From: Paraspadella gotoi
Lineage: Eukaryota > Animalia > Chaetognatha
DNA: 64,000 nt
Direction: 5' to 3'
NCBI GenBank assembly: GCA_051294375.1
Contig: JBJCIZ010000239.1
Location: forward strand, 4,072,402 to 4,136,401
Part shown: in pieces, positions 1 to 13,660 of the stretch
How positions within the stretch are numbered: the first letter of the stretch is position 1
Layout: every line of letters begins with the position of its first letter
Notes under the pieces: model-generated
What the model was told of the DNA's origin: nothing
Database searches by the model: none
The model's input: only the letters and a program-made list of their open reading frames with translations
Position numbers and translations under genes: made by a program

Positions 1-399
1 CGCAACTAAAAATGGCAAACCCGGATGTGCTAATGAGAATTACGAGAAAATTCAAGGGGAAGAGAATGAGAGTCGGATGAAAAAAAAAAACTAAAAGGTG
101 GCGGGAAAAACCTGATGTGATTAAGAAGAAGGGTGAGGCAAGCAGGGGGATGGAGCTGGGGGAGGGGTAAGGGATACAAAATGAAAGACGGGAAAGGGGA
201 AAAGGAATTATAATTTATAGGGAAGGGAATAATTGGAGAAGTAGGAATATAGGGGAAAGTGAAATTGAGGGAAAGGGTGATGTGATGAAAGACAAAGGAA
301 ATTAAGGGAGATGGGAAGGAAAGGTTAGAGCTAAATTAAGAAGGAAACAAATAGAGAGGGGAAAAGGGACAAAGTAAGAGGGCAATAAGAGGGAACAAG

Positions 400-745
400 G
401 AAAATTAGGGAGGGGAAAGAAAAGGGGGAGAAAGGGAATTAAGGGGGGAGAGAATTAGGGAGGAAAGTAGAAAGGGCTAAAAGAAAGGAAGGACAAAAAG
501 GGATAAAATTAAGGGGAGAGGGGAAAAGGGAACAAAAAGGGTGGAGATAACGGCATAAAAATTAAGGGGAGGGAGGAAAAAGGGACGAAAAAGGATAAAA
601 TTAAGGGGAGAGGGGAAAAGGACAAAAAGGGTGGAGAAATGGGCTAAAAATTAAGGGAAGAAGGGGAAAAGGGACAAAAAATTAAAGGGAGAGGGGAAAG
701 GGACAAAAAGGGTGGAGAAAGGGATAAAAATTAAGGGAAGAGTAA
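400..745. repeat. Purine-rich minisatellite
   Basis: Alternating gggacaaaaagggtggagaaaggg / aaaattaaggggagagggg modules. Confidence 0.85.
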
Positions 746-884
746 TTTAAAATGATATTATTTATTACGAACTTCGTTAGGAAAGGAAGTGTTTCATAAA
801 ATTAGATGTTCTAACATGCCGGTTGTTAATTAAAAATAACAATTACCTATTACCTCGCTATCTGTTGTCGCTAATTGTTCTCAT

Positions 885-1110
885 TTCAGCCCATCAATAT
901 CATAACAAGCTATTTCTTACTAACTCTAAGCCAAGCACAATCGATCATCAAATTCTTACACGCTCTCAGCCACTAAAAATCTCTCAAGTTAATTATTACT
1001 CGCGCTCAACCAATCAAATCGATCTAGCATCCCATTCTCGCTGTCAGCCAATCAAAAAATCGTTCTAGCTTACTCTTTCAGCCAATCAAAATCCTTCGAG
1101 TTAACTCTTT
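885..1110. repeat. Degenerate tandem repeat carrying (cag)ccaatcaaaatc units (duplicate at ~6825-7050)
   Basis: Repeated tcagccaatcaaaatc / aaccaatcaaatc motifs. Confidence 0.6.
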
Positions 1111-3736
1111 CGTGCAGAAAGTAAGTAAAGGTGAGAAACTTCTCTCTCCAACTCGGATGAGGGAGTGAGGGTCGCCCATGCATGAACTTACTTTCGAGGA
1201 GAAAGGGAGGAACTGACAAGGTAGGGTCGTGGGACTGGGGTGAGTTAAGAAAGAATGGGGAGAGGGAGGAGGTAATTAGAAAGGGGAAGGTAAAAATATG
1301 AAGGGGAAAAGAAGGAAAAAAGAAGGAAGGGAGGAAAAAAAAAAAGAAGGAGAGTGAGAGACAAGGAAAGGGAAGGAAGGGAATGGATAAAAAGGAAAAA
1401 GGGAGGAATGGAAGAAAAAAAGGAAAATAGAGAAAGGGGAAGAAAAAAGGAAAATGTGAGGAAGGAGAATGACAAAGGAGAAAGGAGGAAATCAAAGAAA
1501 AAATAAGGAAAAAGAGTAACGAAAGGGGATTGACGGAAAAGATAGGAGGCGCCTGGCGCTGGGGGCGGGGCAGTAATTAAATTGAGAGTAAAGAAGAAAG
1601 GCGGAAAATAGGGTAAGAAGGGAAGAGAAAAAAGATGGAGGAGGGGAAATGGGTTGAAGATGAAAGGAGGGAAGGGGCAAAAGGAAGGAGGAAGAGGATG
1701 AGGGGTGAAGGTAAGGAGAAATGGGAAAGTAAACGGGGGGACAAGAGGAAAGAAAGTGAAAAGAGAGAGGGAAAGGGAGACGGGGGAAGGGAAGAAGGAG
1801 GAAGGGAGGGAGAAGGGAAGAGAAGGCGGAATGGGAAAGAAGAAAGGGGAAGGGAAAGAAAAAAGGGAGAAGGGGAGGGGGAAACGAAATGGGGAAGGGA
1901 AAGGGGAAAAGCCTCCACCAGTCAACTTTGGCTTTGAGTTTAATCCAATTTCCTCTGATACGTCAATGAAGGCAGGAATATCTACGACGACGACGATGAC
2001 GACGATAGACGACGACGACGACAGCAGCGAGGTTTTCCGCTTCGGCGAAATTTCGCTGTACTATTTCATCATGATATATATTTTTACTATTGAAGAAATA
2101 GTTTAGAAAAAATATTTAACACGATGCAATATCTGTTTAACGGCCTGACTCATGAAACAACTAATCCTATAATCAATAGGAGTATCATTTCGTATTACGC
2201 TTATTCTAACGTAAAAAATAGTTTTGTCATTTAGAATTCGTCGTTTTTCACAACATACCCTAATTTTTTTCTGAGATTGATTTTTTTATAAATTTTCTGG
2301 AGATAACATCGCGCTTTGATTATTTGTAACGTGAGAGAAAGTTACACGATAATGGTTAGAAAATGGATAGAAGTTTTAACATGAACAATTTAAGAGAGCC
2401 GAAGAAAATCTCCCACGATAGCCCATTTATATTCCCTATCACTTATTATTGCCTCAATACTTAATCTCAATATTTGATGCTAATCCCCAAGCTAATCCTC
2501 TCAATCTAATCTTTACCTTATCCTCTAATCTAATATGCAAAAATTAAAATTATAAAATCCGAAAATTTAAGACGAAAATAGGGCGTTTCGAGAAAATAAC
2601 AGCTTTTTTTCCCGAACTGTCGTCATAATTGTTTAGAGACGGATCTGCTGACAGCAAAATATTGTCGGTTTAGTCATTGAGATCATATCTGCGGAGGGGG
2701 GGGCAGGTTGCCGAATTTAGTAACATTTGCTTACTAACGTGTTAATGATAAAATAAGAACAATAGGATCAAATTTTATTAATCAGGGTAAGGACCGAGAG
2801 AAAAAAGGTACCATTTCTGGTAACAGGCTCAAGAACTAATCAAATCTGATGGCCGGATTTAATAACGTTGTTCATTTATGAATGGAATCAGAATATGAAG
2901 CAACAACAGCTATATATCAAAACATCGAATTTTGAAAAATCATGCCAAAAAAAAAAACATTTCCGTCCGTCTCGTCCCATCTTAACTTTGAACGACCAAC
3001 TACTACTAACTATAATACTATATACTACTCTATCATTAATCAGTCATTTAAGCAATTAGTTAATTAATCATCTGATTCAGCCGCCCAACCGCTAAAAAAT
3101 ACGCGCAGTGTCCTTCGTTTGCTCAAAACTGTTTTTTTTTCCCCCCGAGTCTCCTTTCCTATTTATCCTCCCACAGTGAGACGGCCAACACACCCACGCT
3201 TCAAACATAGTCAAGTACGACAGATTATTCGACACACCGCGTATTTTTTTTATCTTTCTTTTTTCTCCATCAGTCTTCTCTGTGGGAAAGAAGGGGCTGT
3301 GCTTGGCAGAATCGTTTTTTGTTTTTCATTTTTTTTCCTTGAAAAAATCAAGTGTCGATGTCAGGCTTAAGAATAGGCATGCGAGACGCCGATAAAATCC
3401 TCCTGTCTATCTCTCTCTCGTCTCTTTCTTCTCTCTCCTTCATCTCCCCTCTTCTCTTCCTATACTTTCTCTCTCTCTTCTCTTCTTCTGTTTCTCCTCT
3501 CTTTCCCTTCTCTCTCTTCCTCCCTTCTCCTCCTCTTACCTCCCCTCTCTCTCTCTCTCTTCTCTCTCTTCTCTCTCTCTCTCTCTCCATTTATATCTCA
3601 AGTTTGTTCCCTCTCACATTCGTCAGTTGTTATTTCTTTTCAAGATTTTATCTTATCTTGTCGCGTCCAGGATTGACGCTAGATTTATTCGAATTTGTTT
3701 TATCAAGATTTATATCCCCTTCTCTTCCAAGATTAA

Positions 3737-4105
3737 TTTTTAGTTGCGTTAAGTCACTATTCGGTCGGTGTCGGTCGGTCGCGTCGTATGTCTGTCAGTC
3801 GGTCTTTCCACTTACGTTAGAATAATGCTCATTAGATGTGTTGGTTTGCCTCATTTGTTGGACAGGAAAAACTCAAATCTAAGGGACTGCTACGCCGCCC
3901 TTCAGAGAATAAAAGACAAAATACAAAGACAAATTTCCGATGGCAGTGCTTGTCATAAATACACAGTTAAGAAAGTTATGATAGTCATGTAGTCATTCAT
4001 GTCACTGTAGTCCAATGTAAGATTAGTTATGTCATGTATGTACAAGAAACACAGCTGAGAAGGAATCACTTCGGCACAACACATTTGATATTTCCGTTCT
4101 TGTTT
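3737..4105 (+). mobile_element. Family B, Helentron/DINE-1-like non-autonomous element (5' stem-loop segment missing)
   Basis: tttttagttgcg start, (GTCG/GTCT)n tract, gggactgctacgccgcc core and ccgttcttgttt end are shared with the other family B copies. Confidence 0.6.
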
Positions 4106-4698
4106 CATTTTAGCTAAAAAGTTTAAATTATTGTTGACAACATAAGTACGTTTTTTTTGTTGTATTTTTTTTGTTATAGCTAACTTAGTGTTTATGAGAA
4201 ATTCAAACAAATCGGTTTATAATATAGATATCTTTAAATATTATAATCAACACTACGTACATTTGAGAAAGAAGCTTAAATTTTTTTTAATGTTTATTTT
4301 GGTCGTAAAGAGATTTTTATGTCTCACAGTTTTTTTTTTTTTATTATTTTTTTTTCGTTTCGGGTTCTGGCATTGGCGGGCTTGGCTTCGAGAGCAAGCA
4401 ACGGCGAGCGATTGTGACACGAGGCAAGCAATGAGAAAAATAACTATGACTGAAACGAAGAGCAATGAATGATCATGGGGATATACTTATAACTGATACA
4501 CTATACTTATATGTGGCGGAAAACGGATGCGCATTAACTATCGATTTCTGGCGACAGATAGAAACGAACGATACGGATGGCAAACGATGAAAATCGATGG
4601 CAAAGGACTATCCAAAAAGACGGATTTGATGGCATTCGAAATGGCGATTCCGTCGTTTCTCATTCGAAATAAAAAAAAGAAAATTCAAGATGGCGTCG

Positions 4699-4738
<40 letters not shown>

Positions 4739-5346
4739 GACATAAAGAGAGAAAGAGAGAGAGAAAGAAAGAGAGAAAAAGAGAGAAAGCAAAAGAAAGA
4801 GGGAGAAAGAAAAAGAGAGAGAAAGAGAGAGAGAGAGAGGGGGGGAGAGAGTTTGTAAACAAAAAGAAACCCTGGTAATAAAGAAAAAATTAAACCTGTT
4901 CCTTGATACAGTCAAGAAGTAAATATGTCTACATAAATAAATTAGTAAAGGAAGAAAAAGCATCTGGAAATATTCAGAGTTAGGCAAGAGGGGGAGAAAA
5001 GAAAATTTAAAAAAAGAGACTAATGGAAATGGAAATTGAAAGAGAAATGGAGAGACAGACAGACAGACAGACAAATGGAAAAAAAATGATTATTAGAATA
5101 AAACATGATAAAAAGAAAGGTTTATTCTAGAAAAGAAAAATTAAAAATGGGGAAAAATGGAAATAAGGAATAAAAAAAGGTAGAAAGATTAAATGGAGAA
5201 CTTAAGTAAAAATGGAAAAAATTAGGAAAAGAGTAACAAAAGACAATGGGTGAAAAATGGGGGGAAAATATTAAGAATAGGGTTAAAGGGAAAACAGAAA
5301 ATGGGAAAAGAAATGTTAGAAAAGGAAAAAAATAGAAGAAAATATT

Positions 5347-5784
5347 AAAACAAGAACGGTAATTCCAATGTGTTGCGCCGCAGTGACTTTATTTTCACGT
5401 ATTGATCATATGATATGACATGACATGATAAGACATAACAAAAAAAACTTTATTTGCCTGTGCATTTATGATATGTACTGCATCAAAATTCTGTCTTTTA
5501 TTCTTTATAGTTTTAGGAATTCCTGAAGGCGGCGCTAGCAGTCCCTTAGCTCCTTTTATCTTTACTCGATAAATGGGCGTGGATATCTCTCAAACTCGGA
5601 GTTGGAATCAGCTCAGCTATGAGTAATGGATGCAGGAAAGATAGTTTGTATCCCTATTTGACGGTTTTTTAAATTTTTTTTAAAAAAATTGTATCTTTAA
5701 CCGACCGACCCTGGACCGACTGACAGACCGACCGAAAAGTGACTTATAGAGTTGCTCCGCGAGTACTCGCGACGCAACTAAAAA
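5347..5784 (-). mobile_element. Family B, Helentron/DINE-1-like element, most complete copy
   Basis: Minus strand reads tttttagttgcgtcgcgagtactcgcggagcaactcta (stem-loop plus short inverted repeat), then a (GTCG/GTCT)n tract, and ends gcggcgcaacacattggaattaccgttcttgtttt. Both ends lie in T runs. Confidence 0.65.
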
Positions 5785-6089
5785 TGGCAAACCCGGATGT
5801 GCTAATGAGAATTCACGAGAAAATTCAAGGGGAAGAGAATGAGAGTCGGATGAAAAAAAAAAACTAAAGGTGGCGGGAAAAACCTGATGTGATTAAGAAA
5901 GAAGGGTGAGGCAAGCAGGGGGATGGAGCTGGGGGAGGGGTAAGGGATACAAAATGGAAAGACGGGAAAGGGGAAAAGGAATTATAATATATAGGGAAGG
6001 GAATAAATTGGAAGGGAAAGGGTGAAAAGGGATATTAAATACAAGGGGGGAAAGGGGATAGAAATTGAGGGGGAAAGGGTGATGAATGA

Positions 6090-6680
6090 TGGGAAAAGGG
6101 ACAAAAAGGGATAAAATTTAAGGGGAGAGGGAAAAGGGAACAAAAAGGGTGGAAACGGCTAAAAATTAAGGGAAGAGGGAAAAGGAGACGAAAAAGAGGA
6201 TAAAATTAAGGGGAGAGGGGAAAAGGACAAAAAGGGTAGAGAAAGGGCTAAAAATAAGGGAAGAAGGGGAAAAGGACAAAGAAAAATTAAAGGGAGAGGG
6301 GAAAAGGGACAAAAAGGGTGGAGAAAGGGCTAAAAATTAAGGGAAGAGGGGAAAAGGGACAAAAAGGGATAAAATTAAGGGGAGAGGGGAAAGGGTTGAG
6401 AAAGGGCTAAAATTAAGGAAGAGGGGAAAAGGACAAAAAGGGATAAAATTAAGGGGAGAGGGGGAAAAGGGACAAAAAGGGTGGATAACTGGATAAAAAT
6501 TAAGGGAGGAGAGGAAAAGGGACGAAAAGAGATAAAATTAAGGGGAGAGGGGAAAAGGGACAAAAAGGGTGGAGAATGGGCTAAAAATTAAGGGAAGAAG
6601 GGAAAAGGGACAAAAATTAAAGGGAGAGGGGAAAAGGGACAAAAAGGGTGGAGAAAGGGATAAAAATTAAGGGAAGAGTG
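6090..6680. repeat. Purine-rich minisatellite (longer copy)
   Basis: Same modules as 400-745, with more units. Confidence 0.85.
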
Positions 6681-8956
6681 ATTTAAAATGATATTATTTA
6701 TTACAACTTTCGTTAGGAAAAGAAGTTTTCATAAAATTAGATGTTCTAAACATGCCGGTTGTTAATTAAAAAATAACAATTACCTATTACCTCGCTATCT
6801 GTTGTCGCTAATTGTTTCTCAATTTCAGCCCATCAATATCATACAAGCTATTTCTTACTAACTCTAAGCCAAACACAATCGATCATCAGATTCTTACACG
6901 CTCTCAGCCACTAAAAATCTCTCAAGTTAATTATTACTCGCGCTCAACCAATCAAAATCGATCTAGCAATCCCATTCTCGCTGTCAGCCAATCAAAATCG
7001 TTCTAGCTTACTCTTTCAGCCAATCAAAATCCTTCGAGTTAACTCTTTCGTGCAGAAAGTAAGTAAAGGTGAGAAAACTTCTCTCTTCCAACTCGGATGA
7101 GGGAGTGAGGGTCGCCCATGCATGAACTTACTTTCGAGGAGAAAGAGGGAGGAACTGACAAGGTAGGGTCGTGGGGACTGGGGTGAGTTAAGAAAGAATG
7201 GGGAGAGGGAGGAGGTAATTAGAAAAGGGGGAGGTAAAATTATGAAGGGGAAAAGGAAGGAAAAAGAAGGAAGGGAGGAAAAAAGAAAAAAAGGAAGAAG
7301 TGAGAGACAAGGAAAGGGAAGGAAGGGAATGGATAAAAAAGGAAAAAAGGAGGAATGGAAAGAAAAAAGGAAAATAGAGAAAGGGGAAGAAAAAAAGGAA
7401 AATTGAGGAAGAGAATGACAAAGAGGGAAAGAGAGGAAATCAAAGAAAAAATAAGGAAAAGAGTAACGAAAGGGGATTGACGGAAAGATAGGAGGCGCCT
7501 GGCGCCTGGGGGCGGGGAGTAATTAAATTGAGAGTAAGAGGAAAGGCGGGAAGAATATGGGAAGAAGGGAAGAAGAAAAAATGAGGAGGGGAAATGGGGA
7601 AGAGGAAAGGGGGAGGGAAGGGGGGAAAAAGAAGGAGGAAGAGGTGAGGGGTGAAGGTAAGGAGAAATGGGAAAGTAACGGGGGGACAAGAGGAAAGGAA
7701 AGTGAAAGAGAGAGGGAAGGGAGACGGGGGAGGGAAAAGGGGAAGAAAAGGAGGAAGGGAAAGGGAGAAGGAATGAGAAGGCGGAATGGGAAAAAGAAAG
7801 GGGAAGGGAAGGAAAAAGGGAGAAGGGGAGGGGGAAACGAAATGGGGAAGGGGAAAGGGGAAAAGCCTCCACCAGTCAACTTTGGCTTTGAGTTTAATCC
7901 AATTTCCTCTGATACGTCAATGAAGGCAGGAATATCTACGACGACGACGATGACGACGATAACGACGACGACGACGACAGCCAGCGAGTTTTCCGCTTCG
8001 GGCGAATTTCGCTGTACTATTTCATCAATAGATATATATTTTTTTTTACTTTTGAAGAAATAGTTTAAAAAAATATTTAACACGATGCAATATCTGTTTA
8101 ACGGCCTGACACAATGAAACTTTAACTAATCCTATTAATCAATAGGAGTATCATTTCGTATTACGCTTATTTAACGTAAAAAATAGTTTTGTCATTTAGA
8201 ATCGTCGTTTTTCACAACATACCTAATTTTTTTCTGAGATTGATTTTTTTTTAAATTTTCTGGAGATAACATCGCGCTTTTTGATTATTTGTAACGTGAG
8301 AGAAAGTTAAACGATAATGGTTAGAAAATGGATAGAAGTTTTAACATGAACAATTTAAGAGAGCCGAAGAAAATCTCCCACGATAGCCCCATTTATATTC
8401 CCTATCACTTATATTCCTAATACTTAATCTCAATATTTGATGCTAATCCCCAAGCTTAATCCTCAATCTAATCTTTAGCCTTATCCTCTAATCTAATATG
8501 CAAAACTTAAAAATTATAACAACTCCGAAATTTAAGACGAAAATAGGGCGTTTCGAGAAAATAAAGCTTTTTTTCCCGAACTGTCGTCATAATTGTTTAG
8601 AGACGGATCTGCTGACAGCAAAATATTGTCGGTTAGTCATTGAGATCATATCTGCGGAGGGGAGGGGGCAGGTTGCCGAATTTAGTAACATTTGCTTACT
8701 AACGTTTAATGATAAATAAGAACAATAAGGATCATAATTTTATAATCAGGGTAAGGACCGAGAGAAAAAAGGTACCATTTTGGTAACAGGCTCAAGAACT
8801 AATCAAACTGATGCCGGATTTAATAACGTTGTTCATTTATTGAATGGAATCAGAATATGAAGCAACAACAGCTATATATCAAAACATCGAATTTTGAAAA
8901 ATCATGCCAAAAAAACAAACAAACTATTTCCGTCCGTTCGTCCCATCTTAACTTTG

Positions 8957-9012
<56 letters not shown>

Positions 9013-9421
9013 CATTACTCATTAATCAGTCATTTAAGCAATTAGTTAATTAATCATCTGATCAGCCGCCCACCGCTAAAAAATATCGCGCGGATCCTTC
9101 GTTTGCTCAAACTTTTTTTTCCCCCCCGAGCTCCTTTCCTATTTTCCTCCCACAGTGAGACGGCCAACACACCACGCTTCAAACATAGTCAAGTACGACA
9201 GATTATTCGACACACCGCGTTTATTTTTTTTAGTCTTTCTTTTTTCTCCGATCAGTCTTCTCTGTGGGAAAGAAGGGGCTGTGCTTGGCAGAATGCTGTT
9301 TTTTGTTTTCATTTTTTTTCCTTGAAAAAAGTCAAGTGTCGATGTCAGGCTTAAGAATAGGATGCGAGACGCGATAAAAAAAATCTTTCTCTCTCTCGCT
9401 CTTACTTTCTCTCTCTTTCTT

Positions 9422-9503
<82 letters not shown>

Positions 9504-9533
9504 CTCCTCTTTCTACTCTCTCTCTTCTCTCTT

Positions 9534-9610
<77 letters not shown>

Positions 9611-9667
9611 CCCCTTCTCCCTCTCTCTCTCCCTCTCTCTCTCTCTCTCTCCTTCTCTCTCTCTCTC

Positions 9668-9698
<31 letters not shown>

Positions 9699-9848
9699 CC
9701 ATTTATATCTTCAAGTTTGTTCCCTCTCACATTCGTCAGTTGTTATTTCTTTTCAAGATTTATCTTATCTTGTCGCGTCCAGGATTTGACCTAGATTTAT
9801 TCGAATTTGTTTTATCAAGATTTATATCCCCTTCTCGTTCAAGATTAA

Positions 9849-10216
9849 TTTTTAGTTGCGTTTAGTCACTATTCGGTCGGTCGGTCGGTCGGTCGTTCGG
9901 TATGTCTGTCAGTCGGTCTGTTCCACTTACGTGAATAATGCTCATTAGATTGTTGGTTGCTCATTTGTGAAGACAGGAAAAAACTCAAATCTAAGGGACT
10001 GCTAGCGCCGCCTTCAGAGAATAAAAGACAAAATACAAAGGACAAAATTCCGATGCAGTGCTTGTCATAAATACACGAGTTAAGAAAGTTATGATAGTCA
10101 TGTTGTCATGTCATGTCATGTAGCCATGTAATATTATATCATGTAATGTCACAAGAAACACACCTGATAAGGAAGTCACTTCGGCACAACACATTTGTAT
10201 TACCGTTCTTGTTTTT
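9849..10216 (+). mobile_element. Family B copy (duplicate of 3737-4105)
   Basis: Same start, (GTCG)n tract and ccgttcttgttt end. Confidence 0.6.
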
Positions 10217-10880
10217 CTAAAAAGTTTAAATTATTGTTGACAACATAAGTACGTTGGATTTTTTTTGTTATAACTAACTTTTGTTAATGAGAAATTCAAA
10301 CAATCGGTTTATAATATAGATTTCTTTATATTATAATCACACGTACGTACATTTGGAAAGAAGCTTAAATTTTTTTTCATGTTTATTTTGGTCGTAAAAG
10401 ATTTTTATATCTCGACGTTTTTTTTTTTATTATTTTTTTTTCGTTTCGGGTTCTGGCATTGGCGGAGCTTGGCTTCCGAGAGCAAGCAACGGCGAGCGAT
10501 TGTGACACGAGGCAAGCAATGAGAATAAATAACTATGACTGCAAAACAAAGAGCAATGAATGATCATCAGGGGGATATACCTTAAATATTATACGGAAAA
10601 CGGATGGCATTAACTATCGATTTCTGGCGACAGATAGAAACGAACAATTACGGATGGCAAACGATGAAAATCGATGGCAAAGACTATCCAAAAAGACGGA
10701 ATTTGATGGCATTCGAAATGGCGATTCCGTCGTTTCCATTCGAAATAAAAAAAAGCAAAATTCAAGATGGCGTCGACTTAAGGAAACGATGCCATTTGAT
10801 CTTAGAAAAAAAGTTTTTTTTTCTTTCGGCGTAAAAAAAATATTATTTTATGGAAAACTTAGTATGTTCTTTAAAACATA

Positions 10881-10928
<48 letters not shown>

Positions 10929-11046
10929 CTCTCTTGTCTCTCTTCTCTCTCTCTCTCTCTTCTCTCTTCTCTCCTCTCTCTCTTTTTTAGTCTTTGAGAT
11001 AAAAATGATATTTTTTGGGGGAGGAGGATGAAGGAGGAAGAGAGAG

Positions 11047-11102
<56 letters not shown>

Positions 11103-11105
11103 AGA

Positions 11106-11136
<31 letters not shown>

Positions 11137-11449
11137 AAGAGAGAAAATGTCAGAAAGCGTCGACAAGTCAGTAAGTAAAAAGGGCCACGGTTTTTTTCCA
11201 TTTAATCGCTTGAGGCAAAATCGATGCGAAACTAAAAATTTCGGTTTCTCCAAAAATGGCCGAAGGGTGAGAGTAAAAAATCCTAATTAAATTTAAAATT
11301 AAAAAAAAAATAAAAATAAAAGAGAAAAGAAAAAAAGAAACCTATATTGAAAATGAAAAAAAGTAAAAGATAGTACGTCAACTTCAAACTCCATAAAAAA
11401 AATTAAGTAAATTTTTTTATCTAAAAAAATGAAAATAAAAATAAACCCA

Positions 11450-11770
11450 AGAAACCTGAAGGAAGACAAAAGGGTTAAGGATTAGGGTCAAAGATTAGGA
11501 TATTGATTAAGATTAGGGATTCGGTTTGTGATTATGGTTAGGGATTTAGGTTAGGGATTAACTTTTAAGGTTAATGGTTAAAGTCAAAAATTAGAGATAA
11601 GGGTTTAGGGTTAGGGTTTAGGATTAGATTAGGTTTAAAGTGGAGGGTTATGGATTAGGGTTAAGGATTAGTTTATGACTTTAAAAATGTATTTAAATTA
11701 AATATTAAGGTTAAAAATAAATTCTGGGAAAAACAAAGAGAAAATGGGGCTCTCTCGGAAAATAGTACCA
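11450..11770 (+). repeat. Family D: degenerate (TTAGGG/TTAGG)-like array with a conserved right flank
   Basis: gggtttagggttagggtttagg..., followed by aaggttaaaa...aattc...gaaaaac...aaatgggg..ctctcggaaa, shared with 13570-13630. Confidence 0.65.
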
Positions 11771-12264
11771 TATATTATTTGGATAACAAAAGTCCTCAGA
11801 TATTTTAACCGCTTATCAAGTATTAATTGACTTAGCTTCTTATTCTAAATATATAAATAAAAACGACAACAACAACAACATCAACTTCCTGAAAAAAAAA
11901 ACGGACATCATTTTTTTTTCTGTTCTGGTTTTTCCCGCCTTGTTTCCGGTAAGCGAACTCGGAGGCATCTCTCTCTCTCTCTCTCTCTCTCTCGATCTCA
12001 CTCAACACATCTCTCCTCACTCTCTTTCTCTCTCTCTCCCTCTCTCCTTCGGTTTTCTGTCTAATATTTCGCACTCAAAATATCCTGTTTCGCTCTCGGG
12101 TTTTCTTCTTATTTTTTCTTCTTGTTTTTTTTCCATGCTGTTTTGGTTACTGTTTTTTTTTGTCGAGATTTTTTTCCAGACGAAATTTTGTGATAAAATC
12201 GGTGCAATCAGTACAAAAATTATCCGTTACTTTATTAAAGAGCTTTTTGTATTGTGATGCTAAT

Positions 12265-12500
12265 GTGGTGTTCATTATTTGAAACATTTTACCTTTTTAT
12301 TGAAAGGGAAGCCAGGTAATCTGGAAGTGAATAAACGAGACTGTGAGAGAGTCTTGATTGAAAGCTTGCTGGGACCTGCTATGTCATTATCTTGTAAGAG
12401 TGATGGAGGCCTTAAACCACCAAAGTCTGTCTAAAGTCAGGGACAAGAAAGCTTATTTAATTAATGAATGAATAATTCTTATAAAGGTCGTACCAATTCC
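12265..12500 (+). mobile_element. Family A dispersed repeat (retroelement 3'-end/SINE-like)
   Basis: gtgaataaacgagactgtgagagagtcttgattgaaagcttg...tatgtcattatcttgtaagagtgatggaggcctt...gtaccaatt; about 11 copies or fragments in the window. Confidence 0.75.
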
Positions 12501-12794
12501 AAAAGCTTTGTCTTTCCCCCCTACTTTGGTCAGATTATTTATTAAAATTATTTTTTAACGAAAAAATGTTCAAGTAGAATTTTTCTGACTCTTGATTTTC
12601 CGAATTCACGAAAGGGAAGAAAAAACTGACGACGGAGAGAGTGAGATGTCTTGCAGATGTCATGTCATGTCAACTAGTCATCTATTTTTTTTCACATCGC
12701 GAAAGTTTTTTTTTACTTGGAATGGAATCGAGTATAGAGTGGGACACTGTGCTCATTTATCATTACTTCGATGGTTGAGAACTCTTCTATCTCA

Positions 12795-12871
<77 letters not shown>

Positions 12872-13269
12872 AAGAACCCGAAAATTTCTCTATCGGTTTA
12901 TTCTCTTCACACTCTCAAGGTTCCAATTTTTTTAAAGAAGGAAGGAGGAGGCAGAGGAAGAGGAGGATGAGGAAGAGAAAGACGAAGGGAAGAAGTAAAA
13001 AAAAAAAGATGAGAAAGACATAGAGAGAATTTGAGAAGGACAACGTAAGGTCGACAAGGACATAGTTGAGAAAGACCAAAGATAGGTCGAAAAACTTTAG
13101 ATCTTTGATTTTGAAAATAAAAGAGTAATAACGAAACAAAGAATAAAAAAATGCGACAACTACAACGGGAGCAAAAACAACAACGACAACGACAAAAAAA
13201 AACTACGATACCGACAATAACCACAAAAACAAGAACAGTGACGATAACAACAACAACTAAGAACCAATT

Positions 13270-13660
13270 AGGGGCCCCTTTTTTTTCCCAAAACGCCCCA
13301 TTTTATCTCAAATTCGGACTTATGTTAATTTTTTGACTAAAATGTTAGGTTAAAGGTTAGGGTTATAGATTAGATAAAGGATTGGGTTAGTGATTAAGAT
13401 TAGGGACTTGGTTTTTTTATTAGGGTTAGGGATTTGGGTTAGAGACTAGTGTTTAAAGTTAGAGGTTAGGGTTATAAATAAGGGATTAGGGTTTAGGGTT
13501 CGGGTTTAATATTAGGTTAGGGTTAAGGATTAGAGTTAGGGATTTGTTTATAATCTTAAAAACCTTAAATATCAAGGTTAAAATTGAATTCGAGGAAAAA
13601 CGAACAGAAATGGGGGCACTCTCGGAAAGAACAACAAAAATGGGGCAATCTTAGAAAATA
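13270..13660 (+). repeat. Family D copy with weak inverted flanks
   Basis: gccccatttt on the left and aaatggggc on the right enclose a degenerate ggttagggtt array. Related tracts at ~2440-2620, ~8420-8570, 18290-18480 and 22555-22700. Confidence 0.6.

Larger units (their letters stand above)
1..4702 (+). repeat. Copy 1 of a large tandem duplication (period 5772 bp; probably starts upstream of the window)
   Basis: cgcaactaaaaatggcaaacccgg at 1 recurs at 5773. The copies are colinear until ttcaagatggcgtcgactt (4702 vs 10779). Differences are mostly small indels and repeat-length changes. Confidence 0.95.
5773..10779 (+). repeat. Copy 2 of the tandem duplication
   Basis: Colinear with 1-4702. 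The purine minisatellite and the (AACT)n tract at ~8957-9012 are longer here. Confidence 0.95.

Noticed and set aside
1070-2106. Long F/S/L/P-rich and E/R/K/G-rich ORFs (also 7188-8083, 9139-9865, 31067-32050, 58772-59709 and others)
   Set aside because: They are translations of purine/pyrimidine low-complexity tracts that lack stop codons. Frames are not conserved between duplicate copies.
11450-13660. True telomere or fusion site
   Set aside because: The arrays are short, highly degenerate, internal and carry shared flanks.
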